From positions 340,504,001 to 340,568,000 of the forward strand of contig JBNRSN020000003.1 of the NCBI GenBank assembly GCA_051313645.2: DNA of 64,000 bases, read 5' to 3'. This DNA is from Centroscyllium fabricii (lineage: Eukaryota). This document shows positions 24,456 to 36,586 of the stretch, piece by piece. How positions within the stretch are numbered: the stretch's first letter is position 1; each line of letters starts with the position of its first letter. Made by a program: the position numbers and the translations under genes. A model generated the notes under the pieces. It worked only from the letters and a program-made list of their open reading frames with translations. It searched no databases and had not been told where the DNA came from.

Positions 24456-25119
24456 AGGGTGGTGCAGGCATCTTCACAGCTGGGGGCATCCTTAATGAGG
24501 GTTGAGACCCGATGGCTCACCCGATTCCGTAGGATACCCAACTTCACGTCCCCAGTGGCGGTCGCGGATGCTATCGTGGCGGCGGAGGTTTCCAGAAAAC
24601 ATTCAAAGCACTGGAACCAGTGTCCGAACTGTGTGGCGGCATCAGAGGCGTGGGGGTCTAAATCTAAGCGCTCTGGTATCAGGAGCTGATCAATCTCGAT
24701 GTTTTAGTCATTAAAATTGATCGGCCATCAATAATCCAAGTGAGAGGTTTAAGGGCTTAAAGGTAGGCTTTTAATAACTAAGAACTGTGGTGCATGTTCC
24801 CACACAGAGTTCTCCTGGTCGAATGGCCCAAGCCGCTCTGGAGTCCTCCATATAACAAAAGACAAGGGCGGAGCCTGACACATACAATAGACAAAGGTGG
24901 GCGGTACATACATTGCACACATTCCTAGCACAGGCAAGTCCAGGTGAAAAGCACAGTCTGATGAACATACATATTTCATCACAAAGGGATCATCACCTAC
25001 TTACAGGTTAGTTGCTGATTGATTTCTAGCTGTTGCTGAGTTTGTAAAAGTGTTTGGTGCTTTCTGGAGCTCTTTGATGTTGCCTAAAGTCGACAGGCAG
25101 TGGTGTGGTAGTTGCTCAA

Positions 25120-25497
25120 GGATTTGGTGCTGCAGTTATATCCCCCTTGGCATTCAGCATGTCAGGGAGAATGAGCAAAGGGGGCACAGAGGAGGACAAG
25201 CTGCTCGAGGAGGGGGAGAGTGGCTCTCAGTAGGAGACTATATCCACCTAGGGTCTTCAGGGAGCAGTTCTTACACCTCAACCTCAGCGAGGAACAGTGT
25301 ATGCGATGTCTCCGTTTTACTAAGGAGGTGCTCACTGAAATCTGCCTCCTGTTGCAGGCAGAACTGCAGCCTCAGAGCAGGGTGAGGACGGCACTGCCAG
25401 TGGCTGTGAAAGTGACCAGGGCCTTGAACTTTTATGCATCTGGCCTCTTCCAGGCTGAAGCAGGCGACATTTGCAACATCTCCCATTTCACCATGCA
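25120..25497 (+). pseudogene. HARBI1-like Harbinger transposase, N-terminal part
   Basis: RRLYPPRVFR..LSEEQC..LRFTKE..ALPVAVKVTRALNFYASG.FQ...GDIC.IS. Confidence 0.85.
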
Positions 25498-28408
25498 CTG
25501 CAGCCTTGAGGAGTGGTCTAGCCTTGTCCGCGAACTGTGGGACCCATTGTGCGTAGTAGGAGAAAAATCCTAGGCATCTCCTCAAGGCTTTGGGGTTGTG
25601 AGGTAGGGGCAGTTCTTGTAGGCGGCGCATATGCTGTGGGTCGGGGCCGAGGACCCCGTTCTCCACCACGTATCCGAGGATGGCGAGCCGGTCTGTATTA
25701 AAGACACATTTGTCCTTGTTATACGTAAGGTCCAGCTTGTCCGCCGTATCGCGGAATTTGGTCAGGTTGGCATCGTGGTCCTGCTGGTCGTGGCCGCAGA
25801 TGGTCACGTTGTCCAGGTAAGGGAAAGTGGCCCGCAACTCGTTCTGGTCAACCATGCGGTCCATCTCCCGTTGGAACACTGACACTCCGTTGGTCACGCC
25901 GAAGGGGACCCGGAGGAAGTGGTAGAGCCGACCGTTCGCCTCGAAGGCGGTGTACGGGCGGTCGGCTTTCCGGATCGGGAGTTGGTGATACGCCGACTTA
26001 AGGTCGATCGTGAAGAACACCTTATATTGGGCGATCTGATTGACCATGTCCGAGATGCGGGGGAGGGGGTAGGAATCGAGCCCAGTGTAGCGGTTGATAG
26101 TCTGGCTGTAATCGATAACCAGCCGCTGTTTCTCGCCAGACTTCACCACTACTACCTGGGCCCGCTAGGGGCTGGTGCTGGCTTCAATTATCCCCTCCTT
26201 CAGCATACTCCCGACCTCCGACCTGATAAACGTGCGATCCCCCACGCTGTACCGCCGACTCTTTGTAGCAATAGGTTTGCACTTGGGGTCGAGGTTGTCG
26301 AACAGTGAGGGGGGGTCGATTTTCAGGGTGGAGAGGCCGCAGGCCGGGCTCCGCTTTCGGAAGGGACTGTCCCGGCTACTGACAGTGACGGGGGGCAAGG
26401 TCCCGCCAAACTCCATTGTCACGCTCTTGAGGTGGCACTGGAAATCCAGACCTAGTAAAGCTGGGGCACACAACTGCTTGAGGGTGTACAATTTAAAATT
26501 ACGGTACACACAACCCTTGACTGTGAGCGTGACGGAGCAGTAGCCGGTGACGTCCGTGGTGTGGGACTGTGAAGCAAGGGAGACTTGGTAGTTCGTGGGC
26601 AGGATCTGCAGTCCATAGCGCTGCGCTGTATCGGGGTGTATAAAACTCTCCGTGCTTCCAGTGTCGAACAGGCAATTGGTAATATGGCCGTTAATTTTAA
26701 TCGGCATGATTGAGTTAGAAAGGTTGTGTGGCCTAGCCTGGTCCACTTTGGGTATGGCTGAGGCCGAAGTGTGCCTTTGTGTGTGGGGGCCCCCTGCTGG
26801 TTGGGGCTGTACACAAAATGGCGGCGCCCCTGGCTCGCACATGGTGGGGCACTGGAGACAAAATGGCGGCGCCGAGGGGTCGCTCATTGCGGGCCGCTGG
26901 AGACAAGATGGCGGCGCCGGGGAGTCGCACATGGTGGGCCGCTGGAGACAAGATGGCAGCACCCATGGTTCGCACGCGGCTGACCGCTGTGAGCGCGCTG
27001 GCGGCGCCCGTGGTTCGCACGCAGTGGGCCGCGGTGACTGGGTTGGCGGTGCCCGTGGTTCGCACGCAGCGAGCCGCAGTGGTTGGGTTGGCGGTGCCCG
27101 TGGTTCGCACGCAGCGGACCGCGCTGGGTCTGCCGCTGGCGTTGGGTGGTCGCGCTTGGCTGGCCGTGGCTGAGCTTGGCGTGCCGTGGGTGCAGCCGGC
27201 CTTTGCCGCATCAGGGTGGGAGATGGGGGCGCTTTCCTTCTACCCCCGGACCGTCGCTGGATCGCGCTGCTATTGCAGCTTACCTGAGGTCTGACGGAGC
27301 TTTCACAGGCTGCGCTGTTGTACCTGGAGTTGGGCGCTGCTGGTGCTGATCTGCAGGCCTTCGCATAGTGTCCCTTTTTGGAGCACCTCTCACAGTTCGC
27401 GGTCCTCGCTGGGCATCTCGCTCGTGGGTGCAGTCCCTGGCTGCAGAAATAGCACCATTTGTCCTTTGCGGCTGTCGCAGCCATCGTGGGGGTCTCGACC
27501 CGTTGTGGTGCTGCCCAGGCCTGGGCCCGTTGTGGCGGGGCCCACATGTCGTAGGCCTGCGGGTTTGTGCCGCTGTACGCCTGCAGCTTATTGCGTGCTC
27601 CTTCAACGGAGTTAGCTATGGAGATCGCCTCCTCAAGAGTTAAAGAGTACTTTTCGAGCAGCCGCTGGCGGGCTTCCACGCACCTCAGGCCTGTTACATA
27701 TGCATCTCGGATGAAGAGATTCACCTCCTCTTCTGCTGTCCGTGCTTGGCAGCCACAGACCCGTACCAGGGCCTGGAGCGCTTGCTCAAATTGTTCGTTA
27801 GTCTCACCCGGTAGTTGTGGTCTGGTCGCGAGCACATGTCTGGCGTAGACCGAATGGACTGGGCGCTCGTAGCATTTCCTCAGCTTTTCCACTGCCCCTG
27901 GGTAGGTTTTGGCGTCTCGGATGAGGGAGAATACTCGGCTGGAGATCCTAGACCGGAGAACCTGCAATTTGTTCCCGTCGGTTTTAGCCTTGGCGGCGTC
28001 CATATAGGCCTCCAGGAGACCGAACCAGTGTTCGAACGTGGTGGCGGCGGCTGGGTCCTGTGGACTGGTGTCCAGCTTCTCTGGCTTTACCGCACCGCTC
28101 TCCATTTCAAAATGTTTTAAGTTAATAAAATTGACGTATCGTCAATTGTCTTAATAAAAGACTAAACGAGTAGTGACCTTAACTATAGGCTTTTATTAAC
28201 TTACTTTGGAGCTACCCTCCGAACGAACATCAGAACAGAATGAGGGAGCCCCGGTCAGTCCTCACCTATAAAGGGCCTCACCTGGGGGAGGAGTTAGAGG
28301 TGTGGCTGACCTGGCTCCACGACAGTGTTGCAAAGCGGTGTATCATACAAAGCCAATGTTGGCGACAATATTACAGTGGTAATCGTATATACAATATGGG
28401 TTACCACA
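25497..28408 (-). mobile_element. Ty3/Gypsy element C (close relative of B), 3' half deleted
   Basis: 5' LTR 28132-28408; gag-PR-RT in one frame from 28105 with a single TGG>TAG stop near 26165; RT YLDN; truncated in the RT connection region and fused to HARBI1-like sequence. Confidence 0.92.
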
Positions 28409-28700
28409 CCAAGCATGTGGCTTCGCGAGGATTGCAGGCTTCCCCATGGCACAGGTTGCCATTGACTGCGCACACTTTGCTTTGTGAGCACCGATTGTCA
28501 ATTCAGAGATGTACCGCAACCGGAAGGGATTCCACTCTCTTTGTCCAGCTAGTGTGCACCCATATTCAGAGTATCATGTTGGCAATGCCTGGTATCCTGG
28601 CAGCAGTCATGATGCCTTCGTTATGCAGCAGTCTGCTGGATCATCGACATTTGAGCCACCATGACAAACCAGAGTCTCGCTACTGGGTGACAAGGATCCG
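28409..28700 (+). pseudogene. HARBI1-like transposase, catalytic part (continuation)
   Basis: GFARIAGFP..AIDCAH..YRNRKGFHSL.VQLVC..PGSSHDAF. Confidence 0.8.
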
Positions 28701-28995
28701 ATTGTGAGCCATCTTGTTCTACAAGAGAAAGAGAAGTGTGTCAGTGAGGGGGGTGCAATGTCTTTGGATGATGTGCCTGTCATGTTTGAATAGCTGACAG
28801 TGTGTACAAGCCACGAGATTTGGGTGTGAGGCTTGCAGCGGCGGTACGTGTGAAGCTAAAAATGTGAAGTATGAGTCGTGTTTGGTAGTGATTGTTGGTA
28901 GGTGAGTGATGGGGGTGTGCGGCCTTGAGCAGCGTGTGAGGCTAGTGGTGCAGATGGTGGAATATGGCATTTGAAATTAAATTTATTGACCTCGA

Positions 28996-29398
28996 CATAG
29001 AAACATAGAAGATAGGAGCAGGAGTAGACCATTCGGCCCTTCGAGCCTGCTCCGCCATTCAATGAGATCATGGCTGATCATCCAAACTCAGTACCCCGTC
29101 CCTACCTTGTCCCTATATCCCTCGATCCCTTTCGGACCTGCACCGACACACATCCCACCCTATCCCCGTAACCCCACATATTCAATCCCCCTAACACTGA
29201 GGGTCAATTTATCCTGGCCAATCAACCTAACCCGCACATCTTTGGACTGTGGGAGGAAACCGGAGCACGCGGAGGAAACCCACGCAGACACGGGGAGAAT
29301 GTGCAAACTCCACACAGATAGTACCCGAGGCCGGATTTGAACCCGCCTCTCCAGAGCTGTGAGGCAACAGTGCTAACCACTATGCCACCGTGCCGCCC
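28996..29398 (-). mobile_element. Full-length HE1-like SINE
   Basis: Reverse complement of the 6631-7027 family with A/B boxes, V core and CR1 tail; flanked by TATTGACC-like repeats. Confidence 0.9.
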
Positions 29399-29642
29399 TA
29401 TTGACCACTCGTGTGAGGTCAATAAACTTCTTCCTGCACTGTTTCCAGGTCCTCCGGGCTACACTGCTGGCATTGACAGCTACAGCTATCTGCTCCCATT
29501 GCTGTTTGTGATTTTGCCTGGACGGTCTCCTGGCCCCCTGTGGAAATAGGACCTCTCTCCTCCTATCTACCTCCTGAACCAAGGCCTCCATTGCTGCATC
29601 CAAGAGCCTTTGTGCATGCTCTCTCCCCTGTTGTGCCATCAT
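29399..29642 (-). pseudogene. Harbinger Myb/SANT-like DNA-binding protein (NAIF1/MSANTD-like), exon 1
   Basis: MEALVQEVDRRREVLF..WEQIAVAVNA....RTWKQCRKKFIDL trihelix signature. Confidence 0.85.
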
Positions 29643-30388
29643 TAGTTGTTGTTTCTGTGCATGCAGCCAGTTCAATGAGCTGCTGTAGGCAGAGTGCACC
29701 TCCCCTTTATGAGGTGCCGACTACCTTTAAATAGTTCACGGTAACTTTAAGTGGTGCTAGCCTTGCACGAACCTGGGTCCCCGTTGAGCAGTCAGCCACT
29801 CTGCAATGCTTTTCGCGCTGGGCTGAACGCCGCAATCATGGAAATGAGCAGGCAGCACCACGTTGACGTGCTGCCTGCAATCCTCTGAATGGGCACGGGT
29901 TGATTGTGCATCACGATCCCTGCGCCCATTTTTGGGGGCTAATTAATTTCTAGGTCGTCATTTATTTGGGAAAATAAAGCAATGAATTTGAAATATGAAT
30001 CTGAAATGAAAAGCTAAATCCTCTCAACCAATCGAAACATCTTCTATATTCAGTGAAGTGCTACAGTTAGTTCATTTCAGTGAAGCTACTTTACAGGACA
30101 GTATAATTGGTTTGAAGCTACATGACTACATTTTGCAAGAAAGGATACTATTCTTTCATCTGTGGACCTGGGTTTGAATCTTGCACAGTCCGATGGAATG
30201 AAAGGCTCATCAATCAGGCTACTTTAATGGTCCAACGTGAAATGACTTTCTAGTGGGTGCAGATCCACAACACAAATCTTTGACATTTCCAAAATAATTG
30301 GCATCAAATTGGCAATATCACTTGGAGAGGGCACATGATGGCTTGAGTGCAAATAGAACTGTGACATTCCTGCAGTACAGGGGTCCTT

Positions 30389-30424
30389 GCTCTCTCTCGC
30401 TCTCTCTCGCTCTCTCTCTCTCTT
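30389..30424. repeat. (CT)n microsatellite
   Basis: CTCTCTCTCGCTCTCTCTCGCTCTCTCTCTCT. Confidence 0.9.
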
Positions 30425-33400
30425 TCGGCTCAGGCTTATTGTTGGGGCAGAGCTGTGTTCTACATCTGTCTCTGTTCAAACTTGACATGGCAGTGCTTCA
30501 TCTGATGCTGGGTGCCATATGTAGAAAAGGTGTTCTCCCCACACCACTGAAATCTTCATCTTTGCAAGCACAAAGAAGTATTCTCTCCTCATAAGAAAAA
30601 ATAATTAAAGCGGTTTGTGCACTGTAGGTGAATGTGATGAACCTTTTGGTGTGGTTCACACTGTACTGTTATTATATATCTGTTAAAGCCTTTATCGTTC
30701 TGTGAGGACCTGTCCTGGCTGACCCCACCTCTGGGTGCTAGTATAAAGGAGAACGCTCCGCCCACTTGTCTTTCATACCAGGCAGACTCATCGGGGATAC
30801 GGTTCAGTTCTTTGTTAATGAAAGCCTCTTTATTAAGAAACTCAGCTTCAGTCATAACAGAGGTATCCCAATTTTATTAACAAAGATTTTTAAATGGACC
30901 AACACCAGCAGGGTGCCTTGCAGAACGAAAATCAGCAGCAGAACGAAAATTAGCAGCCAGCAGCATTGGAGAGGTGGGAGACCATTCTGAAACCGAAAAC
31001 TCTCGACCTCAACCCCCAGGCACCGAACGCGTCAAATGAATTTGAACACTGGCTAAGCTGTTTCGAGTCGTACCTTGTCGTGGCCGGAGTCAGCGGCACG
31101 CACAAGAGAAGGGTCCTGGTCTCCTGCGTGATTGGCAGGGCGTATTCCCTAATTAAGAATGCCATGGAATACGATGCAGCGATGGAGCTGCTGAAGACTC
31201 GATATCTCCAGACAGTCAACATGGTCTATGCTCGCCATCTCCTCGCCACACGGCGGCAACAGCATGGTGAGTCAAATGAGGAGTACTTGGAGGCTCTTCA
31301 AGCTCTCGTTCTGCGCAGTGGATGTGCCCCTGTTAACACCCAGGAGCACATGGACATCTTCGTCCGTGATGCCTACGTGGCAGGCATCAGATCGACCCCA
31401 GCCCTCACCCGCCTGCTCGAGCAGGATAACTTATCCCTTAATGAGGCGGTGAAACTTTCCAACACGGTGGATGGGGCCCTCCGGAGCCTAGATTCGTACA
31501 CGGGACACGGCTCCCACGTGGTTTCCCCTGGGCCTTGGGACTCGCGTTCGACGCCCTCGATGGCGACCGTTGCAGCCACGATGCCATCTAGACTGCCAGC
31601 GCCTCCAAAATGTTTCTTTTGTGGCCAGAAACGCCATCCACGAAGCTCCTGCCCAGCGAAGGCGTCTTCATGCTCCAGATGTGGCAAGAAGGGCCATTTT
31701 GCAAAGGACTGCCGATCGGACCCGGAATCAGCCCGGAAAACGGCAGCGGCCTGCGATGTCCACACCACAGAATGGCCTCAGGTACCTAGCACGCCCCGAC
31801 AGCGAACCTCGCAGAAATCGCATTCCTCGCAGAACTTGCTGAAATTGCGGCCCTTGCAGACATCGCTACAGCGGCCCTCGCAACAATCGGAACCCACCCT
31901 ACCTCAGCGGCGGCCCGCCATCATCGTTTCCCATGCTCCGCCATCTTTGGGGGCACGGGCGCCTTCTTCCTCGGTCGTTTCCCGCGCTCTGCCATCTTTG
32001 GGGGCGTGGGCATCTTCTCCATCGCCGGTTTGGCGCGAAACACGGGCACCATCTTTGATCCTGGCAGCACCGGCTCCATCTGACCCAGCCCAGGGTGCCG
32101 CCATCTTTGATCCAGTTAACTCTACCGATCCTGGCAGCAGCAACAGGCAACTCCGGGGCAATTCAGCATTCTGGCGCTTGCGCGCCACAAGCCCTTCGGT
32201 CCTCCCAACGGCCTTCCCAGTGACCCACCCAGCAGTCCTCTCAAAGGCCCAAAACGCCACCGCGGCCCGCCGCGTGCGAATCACGGGAGCCGCCATCGTT
32301 CGCAGACCTGACAACGCCGGATCCTGCATTGCACAAGGGCCCCAGCGCGCACACTACACTTGCCTCTACAGCCCTCAACCAGTCTCTACCTCATCCTCTC
32401 ATGTCATCGATGATGCCCATCCAGGTGGAGGGGCACCTCACCTGATGTCAGTTTGACACTGGGAGTACGGAGAGCTTCATACACCCTGATACAGTGCGCC
32501 GTTATCCCCTCAGGGTTAGGACCACACATCGTAAAATTTCCCTCGCCTCCGAGTCCCAGACTGTGGACATCATCGGCTGCTGTACAGTCACCATTACCGT
32601 GAAGGGTTCGACATACTGTGACTTTCAACTGTACGTCCTCCCACAGCTCTGCGTCCCTGTGTTGCTTGGCCTGGACTTCCAGTGCAACCTGCAGAGCGTG
32701 ACGATGGCGTCCGACGGTCCCCTGCCTCCTCTCATGGTCAGCAGCCCCGACTGCCCTGCCTCACAACCACAGTCCTCTTGCGGTCTGTCTACCTTGAAGA
32801 TAGACCCCCCCTCGCTGTTCGCCAACCTTGACCCTGACTGCAAGCCCATTGCAACCAAGAGTCGCTGATACAGCGCGGGGGACCGGACCTTCATCAAGGC
32901 AGAGGTTGCTCGGTTGTTGCGGGAGGGCATCATTGAGGCCAGTAACAGCCCGTGGCGAGCCCAGGTGGTGGTGGTTAAGTCTGGTGACAAACAGCGCATG
33001 GTCTTCAACTATAGACAGACTATTAACCGCTACACGGGGCTCAATGCTTAACCGCTTCCTAGAATCAATGACATGGTCAATCAGATCGCCCAGTATAAGG
33101 TCTTCTCCACCATTGCACTTAAGTCGGCCTATCACCAGCTCCCCATCAGAGCTGAGGACCGTAAATACACTGCCTTCGAGGCAAATGGGCACCTATTTCA
33201 CTTCCTCCGGGTCCCCTTTGGGGCTACCAATGGAGTTTCAGTTTTCCAACGAGAGATGGACTGAATGGTTGACCAGTATGATTTGCAGGCCACATTCCCG
33301 TATTTGGACAATGTCACGATCTGCGGCCATGACCAGCAGGATCATGATGCCAATTTGGACAGGTTTCTCATACGGCAAAGCGTCTGAACCTCACTTACAA

Positions 33401-35137
33401 TGAGGATAGGTGCATTTTCAACACTAACCGGTTGGCTATCCTCGGCTACGTGGTTGAGAACGGGGTTCTTAGCCCCAATCCCGAGCGTATGCACCCCCTT
33501 CAGGAGCTTCCCCTACCACACTCCCCCAAAGCTTTGAGGAGATGCCTGGGGTTTTTCTCTTACTATGAACAATGGGTTCCCCATTATGCTGATAAGGCCC
33601 GGCCTCTCCTCAGGGCTACTTCCTTCCCACTGCCGTTAGAGGCCCAAATTGCTTTTTCTCACATCAAGCAAGACATCATCAAGGCTACCATGCACGCCAT
33701 TGTTGAGTCTCTCCCCTTCCAGGTCAAAAGCGACGCCTCCGACTTCGCCCTGGCCGCCACCCTTAACCAGGCAGGCAGGCCCGTCACTTTCTTTTCCTGT
33801 ACCCTGCAGGGCCCTGAAGTCCGCCACTCTGCAGTGGAAAAGGAGGCCCAAGCAATTGTGGAAGCAGTGCGCCACTGGTGCCACTATTTGTCCGGTAAAC
33901 GATTTACCCTTCTTACTGACCAGCAGTCAATAGCGTTTATGTTCCACCATAAACAGAGGGGTAAAATCAAGAATGACAAGATCCTCAGGAGGCGGATCGA
34001 ACTCTCCGCTTTTGAGTATGACATTCTGTATCGGCCAGGGAAGCTTAACGATCCCCCGGACGCCCTGTCCCGAGGAACGTGTGCCAGCGCCCAGTCGGGT
34101 AGTCTGAAAACACTCCACGCTAACCTCTGCCACCCGGGGGTCACCAGGCTCGCTCATTTCATCAAATCACGCAATCTCACTTATTCCATTGCGGAGATCA
34201 AGGCGATGACGCAGGAGTGCCCTGTCTGTGGTGAGTGCAAGCCCCAGTTTTACAGGCCTGACAGGGCACACCTCATGAAGGCCAACTGCCCATTAAGCGC
34301 TTGAGTGTGGACTTCAAAGGTCCCCTCCCCACTACCAACCGTAACTCATACATTCTCACTGTGGTCGACGAGTTCTCCCGGTTCCCTTTTGCATTCCCAT
34401 GCCCAGATATGACGAGTGCAACAGTGATAAAGCATCTTATCACGCTATTCGGCATTTTCGGCCTTCCCGGCTTCATACACAGCGACCGGGGGTCCTCATT
34501 TATGAGCGACGAGCTGCGTCATTTTCTGCTCACGAGGGGGGTTGCCTCCAGCAGAACGACCAGTTACAACCCCCAGGGGAACGGTCAGGTAGAACGTTAT
34601 AATGGGACCATCTGGAAGGCCATCACCCTGGCCCTTCGATCCAAAGGTCTTCCAACCTCCCATTGGCAGGAGGTCCAACAGGATGTGCTCCACGCTACCC
34701 GCTCCCTCTTGTGCACAGCCACCGGTTGCACACCTCACGAGAAACTCTTCTCTTTCCCCAGGAAATCGACTCCAGGGACGTCTCTGCCAACGTGGCTCCA
34801 ACCCAGGGCTGGTTTTGCTTAGAAGACATGTCCGTGGCCACAAGACGGACCCTCTTGTCGAACATGTGTGCCTTCTGCATGCCAACCCTCAGTATGCCTA
34901 TGTGGCGTACCCAGATGGGCGTGAGGACACCGTCTCGGTTAGAGACCTTGCGCCCGCTGGGGACGTTAATGCTGAGTCGTTGGCGGAGCCCTTGCCCTCC
35001 CAGGCCACATTTTCACAACAGGGGCCGTCTTTTCATTCACCTCCACACACCACATCGGGGCCCCTGTCACTTTCAATGCACGATGGAGCTCATCACTTTG
35101 TTCATCCTGCTCTTCCGGGAGCTGCTACACCTCCACC

Positions 35138-36223
35138 TGTCATAGATGGAATTCTCCTTTAAAGAATCCATCTTTGAATTCTATGTCTGTTCTCTGTTTT
35201 GTTCATTGTACCTTGTTTTCCTGTTTATACAGCTAGTTGTACCTCGTTATTGTTTTGTGCAATTAAGGGGACTGAGCTAATTACTCAATTAGCTTGAGAT
35301 GTATTTAAGCTTTGGGTTATCAACAGGAGATTGCCGGATCATTACCTTCAACGAGGAAACAGATGTGCTGTCCTAGCTCGGTGGGAGGCAGTGTATGTGG
35401 GGAGTTCCCCTGCTTGTAGATGATGGATTCTCCTTCTGAAAACTCCGTTGGAGTGAGTCCCCGCTCTGGAGCGGACTCTGGAGAATTCCTGTTTCTACAT
35501 TCTGGACATTGCTCTCTATCACCTGAGCTCAGGTTTGGACATTTCATTCTTATTACTATGATGCCTCTTCTGTTATGATGATGCTCTTGGCTGAGTGTCC
35601 TGGGAGTACAGAAGAAAACTTGTTCCAGTTCAGAATAAAGCTTGTTCCACTCTGATGGTAGTGGTCGTTGTAAAAGTTTCCACGCACAGAAGAAAGCTTG
35701 TTCCAATTCAGAAGAAAACTTGTTCCAGTTCAGAATAAAGCTTGTTCCACTCTGATGGTAGTGGTCGTTGTAAAGGGTTCCACGCACAGAAGAAAGCTTG
35801 TTCCAGTTCAGAAGAAAACTTGTTCCAGTTCAGAATAAGGCTTGTTCCACTCTGATGGTAGTGGTCGTTGTAGAAGGTTCCACGCACAGAAGAAAGCTTG
35901 TTCCAGTTCAGAAGAAAACTTGTTCCAGTTCAGAATAAAGCTTGTTCCACTCTGATGGTAGTGGTCATTGTAAAAGGTTCCACGCACAGAAGAAAGCTTG
36001 TTCCAGTTCAGAAGAAAACTTGTTCTAGTTTCTAACTCTTTGTATGCTCTTCGCTGAGTGTCCTGGGGGTCCGAAGCGTATTGCGAATGTCGTTGATTTC
36101 TATATTATAATATTTGTATGTATGTGAATATATATGTTTTGGCATTTTGGGAAATAAAGGAATCTTAGCTCTAGACCGTTGTCTCAGTGTCTTGCATTTG
36201 GGCCCCACCACCCAAACGTTACA
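35138..36223 (+). mobile_element. Solo LTR (~1.09 kb)
   Basis: TGTCATAG...GTTACA termini; perfect TSD CCACC; AATAAA near the 3' end; homologous to 47673-48684. Confidence 0.88.
35609..36030. repeat. 100-bp-period tandem array with internal 21-22 bp subrepeats
   Basis: CAGAAGAAAGCTTGTTCC recurs at 35687, 35787, 35887 and 35987. Confidence 0.92.
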
Positions 36224-36586
36224 CCACCAGCTCTTCTCGTGCCTGAGGTACCTCTTCCACCAGTGGAGTCTCTGTTCACGTTGGGAGCCCCATCAGCATC
36301 TTCTCCGATTACAGCTACTCTCGCTTCTTCACCAGGACCGACACTGCCTCGCCGATCTGTTCGGACTATTAAACCTCCACAGAGACTTATAACACAGTGC
36401 TGATATTCACCCCGTGGGACTTGTTTTTAAGGAAGGGGTGAATATGATGAACCTTTTGGTGTGGTTCACACTGTACTGTTATTATATATCTGTTACTGCC
36501 TTTATCTTTCTGTGAGGATCTGTCCCGGCTGACCCTGCCTCTGGGTGCTAGTATAAAGGAGTACGCTCCACCCACTTGTCTTTCAT

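Larger units (their letters stand above)
18230..24983 (-). mobile_element. Ty3/Gypsy element E (internally deleted; same lineage as A-D)
   Basis: LTRs at 24718-24983 and 18230-18491 (the latter cut by F); perfect TSD AAGGG at 18225-18229 and 24984-24988. The gag N-terminus (DQLLIPERLDLDPHA..HWF) is joined directly to RNase H/integrase at 23455-24025. Confidence 0.9.
17990..29955. mobile_element. PIF/Harbinger-type DNA transposon remnant hosting elements E, F, C and SINEs
   Basis: HARBI1-like transposase (+) at about 25120-25497 resuming at 28409-28700, and a convergent Myb/SANT gene (-) at about 28700-29640. Outer boundaries are approximate. Confidence 0.7.
30894..36403 (+). pseudogene. Disrupted gag-pol of element D
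   Basis: ATG at 30894 is in frame with ORF 30966; Gag CCHC, protease FDTGSTESFI, RT YLDN (33301-33312), RNase H and integrase; a solo LTR is inserted in the Pro-rich tail. Confidence 0.9.

Noticed and set aside
25271-26149. RT fused to an unknown C-terminal domain
   Set aside because: The extension is antisense HARBI1-like sequence beyond a deletion junction at about 25497.
35609-36030. CRISPR-like repeat/spacer appearance
   Set aside because: The intervening segments are near-identical copies rather than unique spacers, there are no cas genes, and the array lies inside a eukaryotic LTR.
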